Shown: positions 17,526 through 43,174 of the stretch, piece by piece
Numbering within the stretch: position 1 is the first letter of the stretch
Layout: every line of letters starts with the position of its first letter
Origin: the human T2T-CHM13v2.0 reference genome, Homo sapiens
Strand: one strand, 5' to 3'
DNA length: 64,000 nucleotides
NCBI RefSeq assembly: GCF_009914755.1
Contig: NC_060939.1
The notes under the pieces: model-generated
Database searches by the model: none
What the model saw: only the letters and a program-made list of their open reading frames with translations
What the model was told of the DNA's origin: nothing
Program-made: the position numbers and the translations under genes

Positions 17526-18999
17526 TTATATAGACCTCGACCTCTCGACCTTTCCAGTTTTCATTATCTGCTGTCTTTATTTCTCAACTGCCACGGGGGT
17601 GCGACATTCTCCTTAGGCTTAATATTTCTAGTTGTGCACTGCAGGTCTCACACACACACTCTTACCCCTGATAAAAACGCTATTTTTTTGAATTCCTTTT
17701 CAGTGACCTGACCCAATTTCCCTGACTTGGGACATTCCCAAGGTCCCTGTATAGTTTGAGCAAGTAGAATTTTGTTGCATTCTTTATCTTCGCTCTGAAG
17801 CCGGGACTTTCTCTCAACTCTAAGATTCCTAACCCTTTGCCCTTTCTTCCATTGAGTCCTTCCTCGTTTTCCACTGAATGTACACTCATGTTCTTGAAAT
17901 TCTACTGCAACTACATAACGGGGCATGGTAACTAATAGAATAGGGAAGAGACTGTTTACAAATATGTGGCTGAAGAGAGACGAAAGGTCTAAATTCCCAG
18001 TTAACAAAGCAAAAATAGAAGCCTGACAGAAATAGCTATGAAATAAGCCAGGATTTATTTAGATGCACCTCTGGGAGAAGATGGGCTTTAATGTGGTGTT
18101 CCCAGAGCCGCTTCCCTGTTTTCCATGCTCTTCTCCCCATCCGCCTCTCCCCCAAGCTTTGTTGTGAAAGAAAAGAAAACTTCACACTCCACACTGGGCT
18201 AAAGGGCAGTCTTACTCTGACAGGAATCAATGTGAATGGAAGGAAAGAAGCAAGGAGATAGGCGAGTAAGGTAACGAGGGAGGGGCAGGCAGGCAATCTT
18301 CTCAGGAACATCTATGTTAGATCTGGAGAAGGGGTAGAAGGGAGGGTAAACGGTGTAACTTCTTTAACCCTTAGAATTTAGGGCTCCTTGCATAGTCATC
18401 TAATTTCCTAAATCACTATGCACTTGATGGTGGACTCCATTGGTAGCGAAGAGGAAATATCAATACAAATTCCAGGCAGGAATACTTCCAACACAGAAAA
18501 ACTCCTCAGGCCACCAACACTATTTTCTGCCCACCTTGAACAGTGGACGCCTCACTTCCTTCTTAATGCAATTTTTAATTCTTCAGACACACTCCTCATT
18601 CCGACTCTGATCAACTGTGCTCCTCTCCCTGTTCTCAGTATCAGCTGCTTCGTTTCGCCTTCTTTCCCCAACTTGCTATGACTCTTGCCCCAATACTGAC
18701 TGCAGCCTCCCCATCCCACCCCGCATCATTGGTCAACTAATTCCATTAATCCAACTAATCCTCGCACTCACTGATTGCCCAGTATTAAACTCCTTCACCC
18801 TCTCGCACGAGTCATCATACTTGGTAACATCTTTATATTGACCCCTCAGTGACCCCCCACAATGACGACCTGCCATCCATTCTTTCCTCACATCACCCCT
18901 CCCTCCAGGCTGTCTTCTCTCAGCCGCAACCCATTCCTCAAGCTACCCCCTTCCTCCTGGACTCCAGCCCCACCCCTCCTGGCGCAGATCCCTTCCACC

Positions 19000-19530
19000 T
19001 TGATCCTCTCCCCTGTACGACTCCGCTCCTCCATCCTCCCACAGGACCCCCTCTTCCTCACGCAGACCCCCACATACCTATCTCCTCTCCCGCCGACCCC
19101 CTCCTCGGTACTCTCCTCGCACAGCTCCGGGTCACGAATACCGCCCTCGCATCCCGACTCCACTAGCCTTTGCCCGCCCCCGCCTTCGCCGCCTCACTCT
19201 CCCTACGCTGACACTAAGGCCCCTCCGCTGGGCCTCTTCCCAAAGCGGAGCCCACCCGGAACGAACCCCAGCCCTGGGAACCCACCAAGCCCACTCTACC
19301 GCGCCCACCCGGTCCGATACCGCCCCCAGCCCCAGCCACTCCCCCACCGCCCCCGGCCTTCACTCACCCGCCTCCCTCCGCTCGCGCAGCCGAACCTGCA
19401 GGCAGCGACACCTGACAGCGGCCCAATCAAAGCGCGACTTCTTTGCGGTTCCACCAATCAGCGAAGGGCGCGCACCGGTAACAGAGTCAGGCTGCGTTGG
19501 CCGGCGCTTCTGCGCGGAGGAGCGTGACCC
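19000..19530 (-). promoter_or_regulatory. CpG-island promoter of the PPIP5K1 paralog
   Basis: High CpG density, GC boxes, two CCAAT boxes at 19423 and 19454 (31 bp apart), minus-strand donor near 19368. Confidence 0.75.
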
Positions 19531-20094
19531 CTAGTGGCTCTGGGAGGGAATGCAACTTGATGCTCCCTTCCTTTGATTTCTTAGTGTGTCGCCAAAGTCC
19601 AGAAGCGTGGTCTAGACAGAGACGTTTCATGAGACGACGGGGTGGGTGGGAAGCCTCATGCTGAGAAAGAGGAAGAGGCAGAGTTTGTGCCATTGCTGTT
19701 CCTTCAGAGCAAAAACCAGGTCTTCCCTTTGTCTTATGAGACAAAACAGGGTCTCATATATGTACAGATCCAATAAATAAAGGTTGAAAATTTTAACAGA
19801 TGTAAAGAGGACTGATAGGGAGACTGGAGACAAAAAAGAGACAAGGAGAGAAGCAGATAAGAAAGTTAAGGGAAGGAACAGAGAGACATTTACAGAGGAG
19901 GCAAGAAAGTGGATGGACCTGGAACTCTAGACAAATTGATTCCTATCTCCACAGCCTGCTTTTTCTCTATGCTCCAGACAAAGCTGGATTTGAATCCTGG
20001 CCTTACCTCTAATAGCTGTGCAGCCTTGAGCGACTCACTTAATTTCTCTGAGCCTTTATTTTTCTCATCCATAAAAATAGGATTAAAAACCTAG

Positions 20095-20722
<628 letters not shown>

Positions 20723-22269
20723 CACCTCACTTAAAGGTACTGATAATATGAAAGCATTTTGTATTGTATATGTTATTGCTCTTATTATCCTCGCATCTTC
20801 ACTTGGGTTTCCCTGGTCAAGACAGTTGTTCCCTTTTCCTTCTCTGCAATATTAGGGGTCTTGCCACTTTTCCAGTCGTGCCTCATTGTACTGACCCCAC
20901 AAGGCCTCCTGAATGGACATAGAAATGATTCTAATGGCTTGAATAGATTATTCTAAGAGGAATAGATGCCTCCCTAGTTCATGCTCAGGCTCATACCCCC
21001 TCCACCACTCTAGCCCTTCAAACTAGCTATTACAGCATCTTCCAGGTATTTAACTCCCCTTACTATCCCCATGAAAATGTAGACTCTGTCCCCAGTAATC
21101 ATTGGAACAATCCAATTCAACTCAATGAAATAATACATATAAAAGTTCCTTGTAATTGTAAAGTGCTTTAAAAATATTAAATACTATTGACAACAATAAT
21201 TCTTATTAAATAAATGAAATACCATATAACAATACCATATATTGATTACTTCCATATGCTGCAAAATAATTTTTTAAATGAGCATTAATATATTATGTGC
21301 TTGTAAAAGGCACACAAGGGATAAGAAAAGTGCATAAGTACATGTGTTTTCTCAGTGGAATTATTGTTCACATTTGGGAAGCTACTCTCTAAACTTGGGT
21401 AATTTCTCTACTCCTCTGGCTGTCTTATTTCTCCTTCGGTAATTATCTCTTCCAACTTCCTATTCCTTAGTAACACCCTCTCAATCAAATAGCAACCCTA
21501 CTGCTCTGGAAGATTATCTCCCTATTTATCTGGATAAATACACGCTATTCTAAGAAATTATATTTATTTACTCATGGCTACTTTTCAACCTAGGTAAAGA
21601 GGCCCCACAACACAGGTAACATTTTCCACACTACAGCTGCATAACTCTGTTCTCTAATAATTGATGTCTTACCAGAAGAAGAAGGGATGGACCCAAGAGA
21701 GAAGTGGACACTTCTAAGAATACCCACAAATGACAAAGGTAGAATAAAAGGACACAAGGAAGGCCTAAGGAGAATGAAGGGAATGAGAGTAATATGGGGG
21801 AATTTTCTATGTAAAGGGAATTCTCTTTCCCAAATACTCTCTGTTAAGATTTCCAAGTATCTGTCTTGTGGGTACACCAGGATAGCAGAGGGAAGGGACT
21901 AATGCCACGGTGCTACTCCACCTTAACTGACCCTCCACGCTGAAGCCCCTCATCTCTATTTCAACTCTAGCATTCATTCTCCTTGCTACCAGGACAAAGG
22001 TCAAATCATACCTGGAGCTGGGAAACAAAGCCCTCTCAAATCTGAATATGTGTTTCACGAGGAGAGAGAGAGCAGCAGAGGGGACCACGAGGAAGGCAGA
22101 GATTCCCTGACCACCTCATGCCTTTGTACACCACTCGCCTTTACTCTCTGGATTAAACAGCATTAGGGAGACAAGAGAGGAAACACATGTGGTGTCTGGA
22201 GACCTGTGCCTGCCTGTTCCAGTCCCACACCCAGTCATCTCACCACACCCTTCACCTCACTTTACCTTC

Positions 22270-22467
22270 TCCTCCAGCACAGGAACTAGGAACTACGGAG
22301 AGAGAAGCCAAGGGAGAGGAGGAGGAGGAAACTAACGATTCCCTGCCCACCCCCACACCCAGCACCACCAACAGGTGGGCAAGCTTGCCGAGAAAACGCA
22401 GAGGGCATCCTGTGAGCAGCAAACACATCTGAGCCTGGAAAAGACGCAGAGAAGTAAAAGATCAAAG
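22270..22467 (+). other. CKMT1A: Probable noncoding upstream exon of CKMT1A
   Basis: Donor aaag|gtgagg at 22467 and matching acceptor ctcctgcag| at 23241; resembles the recalled mRNA 5' end; start approximate. Confidence 0.55.
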
Positions 22468-23414
22468 GTGAGGTAGGGGACGTGGAGGAAAGTGGGAGAG
22501 ACAAAAGGAAAACAAAAAGTGGGGGATCATGAGAAGCAGAGGCAGGAAATAACAGGGCTTCAGACTTGGGTGCAGAATGGAGGTGGAGGACACAGCACAG
22601 ATGGCATAAGAATTAATATTTCCTTGGTTCCTCCCAGGGAGTCCTTTCTCAACTTTGTAAGGCGTGCACAGAGGTGGCAAGGAAGCACCTTGCTCCTCTT
22701 CCTGGTTCTAAGGAAAAGGTGACCTTGAGCCAGTGGGTGTCTTTCCCAGTGCCTGCCTCTAACCCTGTGCTTTCTCCATATCCTCCTCTGGTATCTGTGT
22801 TTATTCCGCGGTTTCCCCGCGGCTGCCCCCGGGAGACCGAAGAGGTGGCTGGGGCAGGCCGAAAGCAGAGGAAAGGTTGGGCAGTGTCACCCTTGCACAC
22901 CCACAGGGTAGACGGATCGAGTTTCAGCTTAAACCGAGGGGTGTGGGGGAAGGGTGTTGGGTTCAGCTAGTCCACGTGGGTGCTGTCCTCCACTTGGTGC
23001 TGAAATCTGGGCGGCCACATCCCCGGGGCGGGAGGGGGCTACATCCCCGGCTTTAGACGCGCGAGTCTCAGGTCCCGCTAATTACCTGGCGGGTGCTGCC
23101 CACCCCTGCCCTCGCGCACCTAGCGCGGTGGCAGGCGGGAAGGCGGGGCCTGGGGGAGCCCCACCCCTGGAGACTGCGGCTGGGGCCTCCCTCTCCTCCG
23201 CCCGCCCGCCTGCCACTAGCTCATTGCGCCTCTCCTGCAGTCTGATTGGCACCGGCTCCCATTCCGGCTCCAGCCTCCAATCCGACCCCCATTTCGGCTG
23301 CAGCCTCGGACCTAGCTCCGGCCCTCGGTCTATCCGGTTGCATCCTCCCTCCCTGTTCCGGATCTTATCTTGCGCCAGCGCCTACTCCAGGATCCCGTAG
23401 CCAGACCTCAAGCC

Positions 23415-28453
<5,039 letters not shown>

Positions 28454-28561
28454 CTCCCCATCGCCAGCTGATGACTCAAGATTCCAAGGAGTTCTGCTCA
28501 TTCTAATGATGGCCCATTCTACTTGCTCTGGACCTGCCCTCGCATCCCCTGCCTCCATCCT

Positions 28562-28567
28562 AGTAAA
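28562..28567 (+). terminator. Variant poly(A) signal AGTAAA of CKMT1A
   Basis: About 110 nt after the stop, followed by GT-rich tgtctgtgtt; no AATAAA seen nearby on +. Confidence 0.6.
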
Positions 28568-28791
28568 GACTCCTTGCTATGCTGCAGCTGTCTGTGTTAC
28601 TTCTAATGGTGGGGTGAGGAGGGAGCAGCCTTCAGGAAATGAAAAGAGGCAGTGGGATTATTTATGATGGAAAGAGACTCCAGATATGGCAACCCAGGAA
28701 CACTGATTCTCAGGTGGGTGGAAAGCATTAACATTTTACCCATATTCCTCATCAGCTTCTGAAAATAATCAGGATGCACTTCTGTTTGCAC

Positions 28792-28797
28792 TTTATT
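28792..28797 (-). terminator. Poly(A) signal AATAAA of STRCP1
   Basis: tttatt on +, about 55 nt after the stereocilin-frame TGA. Confidence 0.75.
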
Positions 28798-28854
28798 CAT
28801 TATGACTTAAGATTTCTCTCCCCACAATCTCCTTCTACTGTAGAGACAGGCTCA

Positions 28855-28968
<114 letters not shown>

Positions 28969-29083
28969 TCACAACTCAGCTCTCCAGGAGCATTGATACT
29001 TGGAAATTAGCGCTCTGCCTGTAGACTCCTTCACTCCAGGGATCTCCCTGGGTGCACTCTAAGAGCCAGACAGCACCAAATTA

Positions 29084-29504
<421 letters not shown>

Positions 29505-29602
29505 TTAGACTGACCTTCCCTCTCTTCAAACCTATAGACCTTCTCTAACTACTCCCAAAGTGCCCTATCATAGACCTTCCCCAATATGTCTCTAGCCCCT
29601 TA

Positions 29603-29902
<300 letters not shown>

Positions 29903-30016
29903 TCAGTGAAAGGGACTGTGGTCATGAGACAAAGGAAGAGATGGCTTCAAATGAGTTCCCTTCCTCCATGGGACTATAACTTCATGATCCTCCTTTCCCC
30001 AGCAAGTCCACCTTTA

Positions 30017-30244
<228 letters not shown>

Positions 30245-31005
30245 TTAATGGACAGGGAAGTGATAGGTGTTACTGGGTTATATTCTGTTACTATTAAGAC
30301 CTAAGGAGTCATGGGGAAGGCTGAGGACTCAGAAAAGAAAAGGAAAGAAAAAGAGGAAGCCTCCAGGAAAAGAGGTAGGAGACAGTATTATGTGTCCAGG
30401 GCCTCAGAGTGAATAAATCAAGAGTCCTGAAGGTCACTAGTATGGGATATTAACAAAAGACAGAAAGAATGACCAGGTAGGGTCACAGGAAAAAATTCCT
30501 TGGGCTTTAGATGATCTATAGGGCTGGGTCTGTGGGATGGGTGTTTGGGAAGCGGTAGGGAGGAGTAAAAGTGTTACCTGAGTGGAGCTCCAGCCATCTA
30601 TCTGCCCCAGGGTGCTCAGCACTCCCCAGTCCACTAGGATCAGCTCCTGTAGTTCCTGATCTCCCAGACCTATTAAGAGTCTACCGAGCTGCAGGATCTG
30701 CTCAGGACCAAATCCCCGGGGGGGACCCCACAACTAGGAGAAAGAGAGGAACAATGTGAGTGGAAAACCAGTAGATTGGGAGTCAGAATGCTGGGTTTTA
30801 AGTCTTGCCTCTGACCTTAGCTGTATAACTCTAGGCAAGTCACTTGCCTTTTCTTTGGTTTCCTCCACTATAAAATGAGACCGTTGCCTTACAGTTCCTC
30901 TAAGGTGTTTTGAAAGACATTACAATCAGTGGAAAAGAAGAGCAAACTAACTCTAGTCCATGAGTTCCACACTTTTATGTGCATCAGACACAGAGACGCT
31001 TATTA

Positions 31006-31668
<663 letters not shown>

Positions 31669-31726
31669 CCGCAAAGGTTTTTATTAAGTCAGTCTAGCAT
31701 GGTAATCCAGCATTGGCACTGTTCCC

Positions 31727-31836
31727 GTGCTCGGTTCAGCAGCACATATACAAAAAAAAATTGGAATGATACAGAGATTAGCATGGCGCCTGCGCAAGGA
31801 TAACACACAAATTCATGAAGTATGCCATTATTTTTT
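31727..31836 (+). pseudogene. U6 snRNA retropseudogene
   Basis: Diverged U6 (gtgctcggttcagcagcacatatac...gatacagagattagcatggc...), A-rich tail, TSD ctgttccc at 31719 and 31869. Confidence 0.92.
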
Positions 31837-32064
31837 AAGAAAGAAAAAAAAAGAAAAAAGAAAAAAATCTGTTCCCTTGATGATTGTGATATGCATTAAA
31901 ATTTGGTAATCACTGCTTTAGTCCCTCTATTCATTATAGTAGCTCTCTTTCCTCAATATTTATCTCTCCTCACCTTCTACTTGTGACCCAAATCTTCTAA
32001 CTCTTTTATCTTCTGCTTCCCCCACCTCTCATCCAACTCTCTATTCTCTTCGTGTCCTACATCA

Positions 32065-32391
<327 letters not shown>

Positions 32392-32714
32392 TTAAGATGT
32401 ATAGGGCTTAGAAGTGAATTGAACAAGAAGTGATTGGAGATGCCAAGTCCCTCATTTTATAGATGGAAGACTGAGGATGTTGGTCAGGGATTTCATGGCA
32501 GAGCTGAATTTGAAACCAGTTCTCTAGCCTCACAATGTCTCCTTCGAGGGATCTCCCCAGCAGAGAGCTCCACACTTAGCCGAGCTAGAGCTGAGTCAGC
32601 TGTTTAAAGAGACAAGACAGCAGGAAAATGGAAGTTCTGGGCTAAAGGAAAACTTAATAGTTTACACACTCCCAGAGCTATAGAATTTTAGAACTAGACG
32701 AGACTTGAAGATCA

Positions 32715-33038
<324 letters not shown>

Positions 33039-33198
33039 TCAGGACCTGCTGCTATAGCTATAAGTCCAAAGTCCTGTCTCTGTTTCGCAGTATCCCCCCA
33101 GATCTAGGCTTCATATCCTTTGCCCTCGTTGGCCACGGGTCCCCATAACCAGCTCACCAGTCCCCTCTATGCATTTACTCCCTTCCCTTCTTCCTTCA

Positions 33199-33402
<204 letters not shown>

Positions 33403-33405
33403 TTA

Positions 33406-33561
<156 letters not shown>

Positions 33562-33564
33562 TTA

Positions 33565-33804
<240 letters not shown>

Positions 33805-34036
33805 CTATGATGCTCACTACCTTTGTTCACTTTCTTAAGCAATGAGACCAGATAGGAGCAGGCAGAAAGACTGAGAGGTGGACTCCAAGAGATTTCTCGG
33901 ACTCCAAGAGGTATGGACAAGTAACGTGAAGCATATTATCAAGGAACAGAACCCAGAGGCAAAACGGGCCAGGCCTTGTAGACAGGAACCTGTTTGGCAG
34001 CAAGAAAGCAAGAAGTAGAGGGTTGGAGGACAGTCA

Positions 34037-34270
<234 letters not shown>

Positions 34271-34704
34271 TCAAGTGGAGCTGGGCCAAGTCGAGAAGGG
34301 ACCACAGAACCCCACAGTCCCCAGCTAAGATGTGACCCCAGACCAAATTTAGTGAAGCTGGACAGGAACTGACAGTAAACAGCTCCAGGGCCAATTCCCA
34401 CCATCAAGCTTGAGTGGGGGAGAAAAAGGGAGCAACATATTTCTAGTCTTCCTAAAAAAAAAAAATAACGAACAATCCTACCTGATCTAATGGACTCAAA
34501 AGCTCCAAATATTAAGTACCATTAACATTTCCCCATTTTATAGATTAAAAAACTGAGGTTCACAGAGATCAAATGTTGAGGTCTCTCACTCCCAATTCCC
34601 GTTTTTTTCCACAGGACCACCCTTCCTCTGCTTGTGAAGAGGTCCCTTCTTGTTTGTACGTGCTATACAATTTACAAAGTTCTTTCAGGTGTTATCTCAT
34701 TTGA

Positions 34705-35900
<1,196 letters not shown>

Positions 35901-36699
35901 TCAGCTCCATATTCCCCAGGAAGACTGTAACACCAGCATTTTCCTATCCTGACTTACAGTGCGGATGGCAACGGGGTGGTGGTAGGGGTAAAATGAGAAA
36001 AGCAGCATATGAGTAACATACTAATAAATTTCTCCATGGGTAGGGAGGAGCCTTGGGTTCCTATAGCCTTTTCTTCCCACAACCTGTATATGAACGTGCT
36101 CTACAACATTCCTGCCATGGGGCCATCTGGCTTAGGCTCGAACAGCTCCAAGGACCAGGAACTCACTACCTTAGTTTTTCTTATACTATGTAAAAATCTG
36201 ATCTCCGTTAACTACTCTTAGTCTTGCCCAATGGGGCCACTCATAAATATGACAATCTAATTTCTACTTGATAGCCCCTCAGGTATTTGAAGGTATTTAT
36301 CACATTTTTCATATATTTTTCTCTCGATCCACTCCTCTGAATGCACTAAGAACACAGTGCCCTGAGCAAACTACAATCCTCTGGGGCAGATTTGGAGCAT
36401 TGCCTCCCTCACTTCAGATGCTCTGTCTCAATCTCAATTAATGTGGACTAGGTTATTGTAAGATTACTTGGCAGGCTTCAATACAGTGTTGCCACCCTCA
36501 GCTGCCCTGTGCTGGAGCATATTCTGGGAACCAGTCAATACATAGAGCAACTTTGAATAAAATCCTCTGCTTTGGGCTATAAATTATGTCAGGGAACTAC
36601 CAGACAGAAAAACTACCTCCTCCAGGGCATTCCCTAAGGGCAGATCTTCACCCCAGATTGAGCTTTCTGAGGGGCCAATATCTCTAGCTGCAGTACTTA

Positions 36700-36933
<234 letters not shown>

Positions 36934-37271
36934 CTAGTGGGCAGCTGATAGATCATGTGCACCACTTCAAGGAAGTCTACCATGGAGTTGATCTGCTGCA
37001 GAAACTCACAGGACATGCCTCCTGCCAGGGTGCCCAGAGCCCTGTGGGTGTGTGAGTGGGGAGAGGCTCATTCAACACATACAACAGCCTGTTTGCTCCT
37101 TGATATCAGTACTCTCAACACAAGTACAGATGTTCATCCACCGTAATTTATGGTTTGAGAAATGTTTTTACATAGATATCTCATCAGCTCCCCATAACAT
37201 CACTGCTGTTTATCAGAGGAGAAAATAAGGATTTATGGAAGTCAGGTGACATTCCCAACATCATTCTGCTA

Positions 37272-37632
<361 letters not shown>

Positions 37633-38403
37633 TTATTCCTATTTATTCTTGCTTGGCCAGTGCCTCTGAAGTCATCCTGAAGTAAACTAACAGTAGCAAA
37701 TGACTACTGGAACTTTACAATGGACCAAACACTGTGTTAAATATCTTACATGACCTACCTCATTTAATCTTCACAGTAACTACCTATGAGGCTGGTGCCA
37801 TTGTAATTCTCATTTAAAGAAGGGAAAACTGACACAGGGACGTTAAATGACTTGCCCAAGAGGACAAGTAGGTGACAGGACTGGAACCTGAATCCAGGTT
37901 TTCTGAGTCCTTTGGCTCTAGTCAGGATAGGCATGGCACTGTGGAAGGAAAGGAGGGCAAAGGGAGGTGCTAGGAGAACGTCCACGAGGCAGGGACTATG
38001 CATCATTCATCCCTATATCCCCCATTCCATATCATATGGTGCCTGGCACATAGTAAGCACTCAAAAAAATGTTGGTCGAATTCAGCGCACTGCTCAACAC
38101 AAGTTACTCACTGTAGATTCCTGAGGGTCAGGTTGGTGGGTACTTGCATCTTCTTCCAGAGAAACTGTGCCTACAAGAGAAAGAAAGACGAGCCCCTTCC
38201 CAGAAGAGACACTGTCCAAGGATACCCCCTAGAGTGGAGAGGCAGGACTGCCTTGGACCCAGTCCTGCCTCCTCACTCTGTGGGACCCACCAGCCTCCCA
38301 CTCTCCCAGATGCCCACTCTTCTCTCGAGAGTGAGAAAGAAATGAAAGAAAAGGGAAGGAGAAAGAAAAAGAAAAGCAAGTCACATTATAAGGGATACTA
38401 GGG

Positions 38404-39048
<645 letters not shown>

Positions 39049-39132
39049 GGATAGTAGGGATAAGCTGGCCAAATAGGGCTAAGGGATAGGTAAAGAAGGT
39101 AGACTACATTGAGGGAGGAAGTTCTGAAATTA

Positions 39133-39459
<327 letters not shown>

Positions 39460-39733
39460 CTAGTTAGGCACCAGGCAAACAAAGTCCCTTAGCTTCTCCC
39501 AGCCTTGGTCTTTTCATCTGAAAGCAGGGTGGGTGGCCTGGAAGATTTCTCAGGCCCTTCCAGCTTTGACATTAGTCTAGGACAATGTGAGTGGATCATG
39601 CTGTCCTGCATCTGGCACTGGGGAGGGCTGCTAATGGGCACAGAGCTAACCAGAACTCTCAGGGCCACTGCAGGGTAGTGTGGGAGGTAGCACCAGCCAT
39701 ATGAAACTGCCCCAGAATGGGGAGAGGAGCTCA

Positions 39734-39949
<216 letters not shown>

Positions 39950-39970
39950 TCATCCTCCTTGCCACTCTCA

Positions 39971-40141
<171 letters not shown>

Positions 40142-41615
40142 CTAAAGAGCAAGAGAGACAAGAGGCCTGAAGAAGAAGGGAAGGGTGTTGGGGAAGACAA
40201 CAATCACAATGCAGCAAGGCAGTAAGTATGAGGGGAGCGGAGAGAGAGGAGGGGCAGATGCAGGAGCCAGGTTAAAAGAGGATAGAGACCTCTGGCGGGA
40301 GGCTGAGAAGTTGCTGCTACTCACATCGTGCCTAGGAAGGAGCCGTCCAAGCAGCAGGACAGCCTGTGTTGGGATGGGACCGAAAACAACAGCTCTCAGG
40401 ACCCAGCAGCCAGGTCCTAAGTGGGTTCCTAAGGCAAACCCTCCAAAACTTCCCGCTGCCTCTTAACCATCCCCAGTAACCATCCTCAGTGACTCAGGTC
40501 CCTTCTTGATCTGAGGAAAGGGAATGAAGGCGTCCTCCTGCAGACAGAGTTTACCTCTACTGTTCACCCAGGGAAAGGAGGGGCTGCTTTTATCCCTGAA
40601 TGGGATTCTCTTGACTGGGGCTCAAGCGGGGATGGAGGGTACATGCCAGGGAGTGAGACAGGCAAACCTGAGCAGGTGTAACACTAGTTCCCTGCAGGAC
40701 AGGAAGCATGGCTCTAAGCTGGGGCTCTGACAGCTCCTGAAGGAAGCGGAGGCCCAGCTGAGAGAAGAGAGGGGCCCAGACCCGCAGCTCCCGGGGGCTC
40801 AGCACCGCTCCTCCAGATGAGCGCAACACACCCAGAAGTTCATATGCCACCTGTAACCAAAGAAGGTTTAGGACTGGAGAGAAAAGACAGATGAACCTTG
40901 AACTTCCTCTCTAATCCCACATCTGAATTTCCCAGGGCCTGGGCTAGGGTTTGGAACTAGGGATTGGACTGGAGTAGATTAGGTTCAAAATGGCAAAGGG
41001 TATGTTTGGGGTGCTACAGACCAGATAGAGAAGGGCCAGGAAGAGGTGGTAACAGGTAAGAATGGCCATGGAGTAAGGAATGGAGGTTGCAAAAGTGGGA
41101 TGGGGGCTGGCACCACTGTGCTCAAGTTGACACAATGGGAAAGCCATCCACACAGACCCAGGGGAAGCCTAAAGTCTTGTAGGCTTGTGCTGAGGGGCTC
41201 ACCCGTCCTTCTGGGCTGAGGGTCCCATTGGCTGCACATTCCAGCAGCCCCCGTTCTACTGGCCCCGTTGGATCACTCAGGGGCACTAGGCTCTGCAGCT
41301 CCTCAGGGCTCAGGAAACAGGCGAGGGGCCCAAGCCTGAGGAGGGCATGAAGCTGACCTTTGTGTGGTCCCCAAGACTAGCACTAAGGCAGGCCTGGCAG
41401 CAGATGGTATGGGTACATACACTGGGCACTCTGACACTACACCACTACACAGGGGCACCATCTATAGACCTCTCTCCTGGAACTCTATGCTGCCTGAGGC
41501 CACTGCCTACTCTCTTGCCCCTTTCTTCCTAGAACACCGACCCAGCGTGACAGCTGTGCCTTCCTCTCTCTACCTCTTCCACTCTTGCCTTGGTTACTGA
41601 TCCCACAACAACTCA

Positions 41616-41747
<132 letters not shown>

Positions 41748-41867
41748 TTAGCTCGCACTGGGGTCACTATAGGGTTCTTGCAGGGAGGGGCCACTGAGAG
41801 ACATGCCATTGACTCTTTGTCCCCACTAGCAGAAGATGGGCCAGTCAAGTAAAGAAGATGATTCTCA

Positions 41868-42472
<605 letters not shown>

Positions 42473-42507
42473 TCCTCTCCCTGGTTTTAATAGAGAGGAG
42501 CTCTCTG

Positions 42508-42612
42508 ATCCTTTTGTAGTTCATTAGCATAATGATTGGGTTTTCACACTCAGGCGTGAGATGTGCCTCTCTCAAACCTTGCTACGATGTTGGCACATTG
42601 CCTATCTGGCAT
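42508..42612 (+). pseudogene. U13 snoRNA (SNORD13) retropseudogene
   Basis: atccttttgtagttcat...atgattggg...gtgagatgtgcc...ggcacatt matches recalled U13; short A tail; TSD agagaggagctc at 42492 and 42626. Confidence 0.88.
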
Positions 42613-42711
42613 GAAAGAAAAAAACAGAGAGGAGCTCCGGAAGGGGCTGCTCCAGGTGGATGCGGTTGGCCTGACCGTGACAGGAGCAGGAGGAGTAGTG
42701 CAAGAACCTTA

Positions 42712-43174
<463 letters not shown>

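Noticed and set aside
18862-19527. 221-aa Pro/Ser-rich ORF
   Set aside because: Product of C-rich promoter skew; low complexity, no recognisable domain.
23370-23414. In-frame TTG extension of CKMT1A
   Set aside because: Near-cognate start in weak context; the ATG at 23415 has an optimal Kozak and begins the transit peptide.
31727-31836. Functional U6 gene (also 63541-63646)
   Set aside because: Substitutions in or next to the ACAGAGA region, flanking TSDs, and no evident upstream PSE/TATA.
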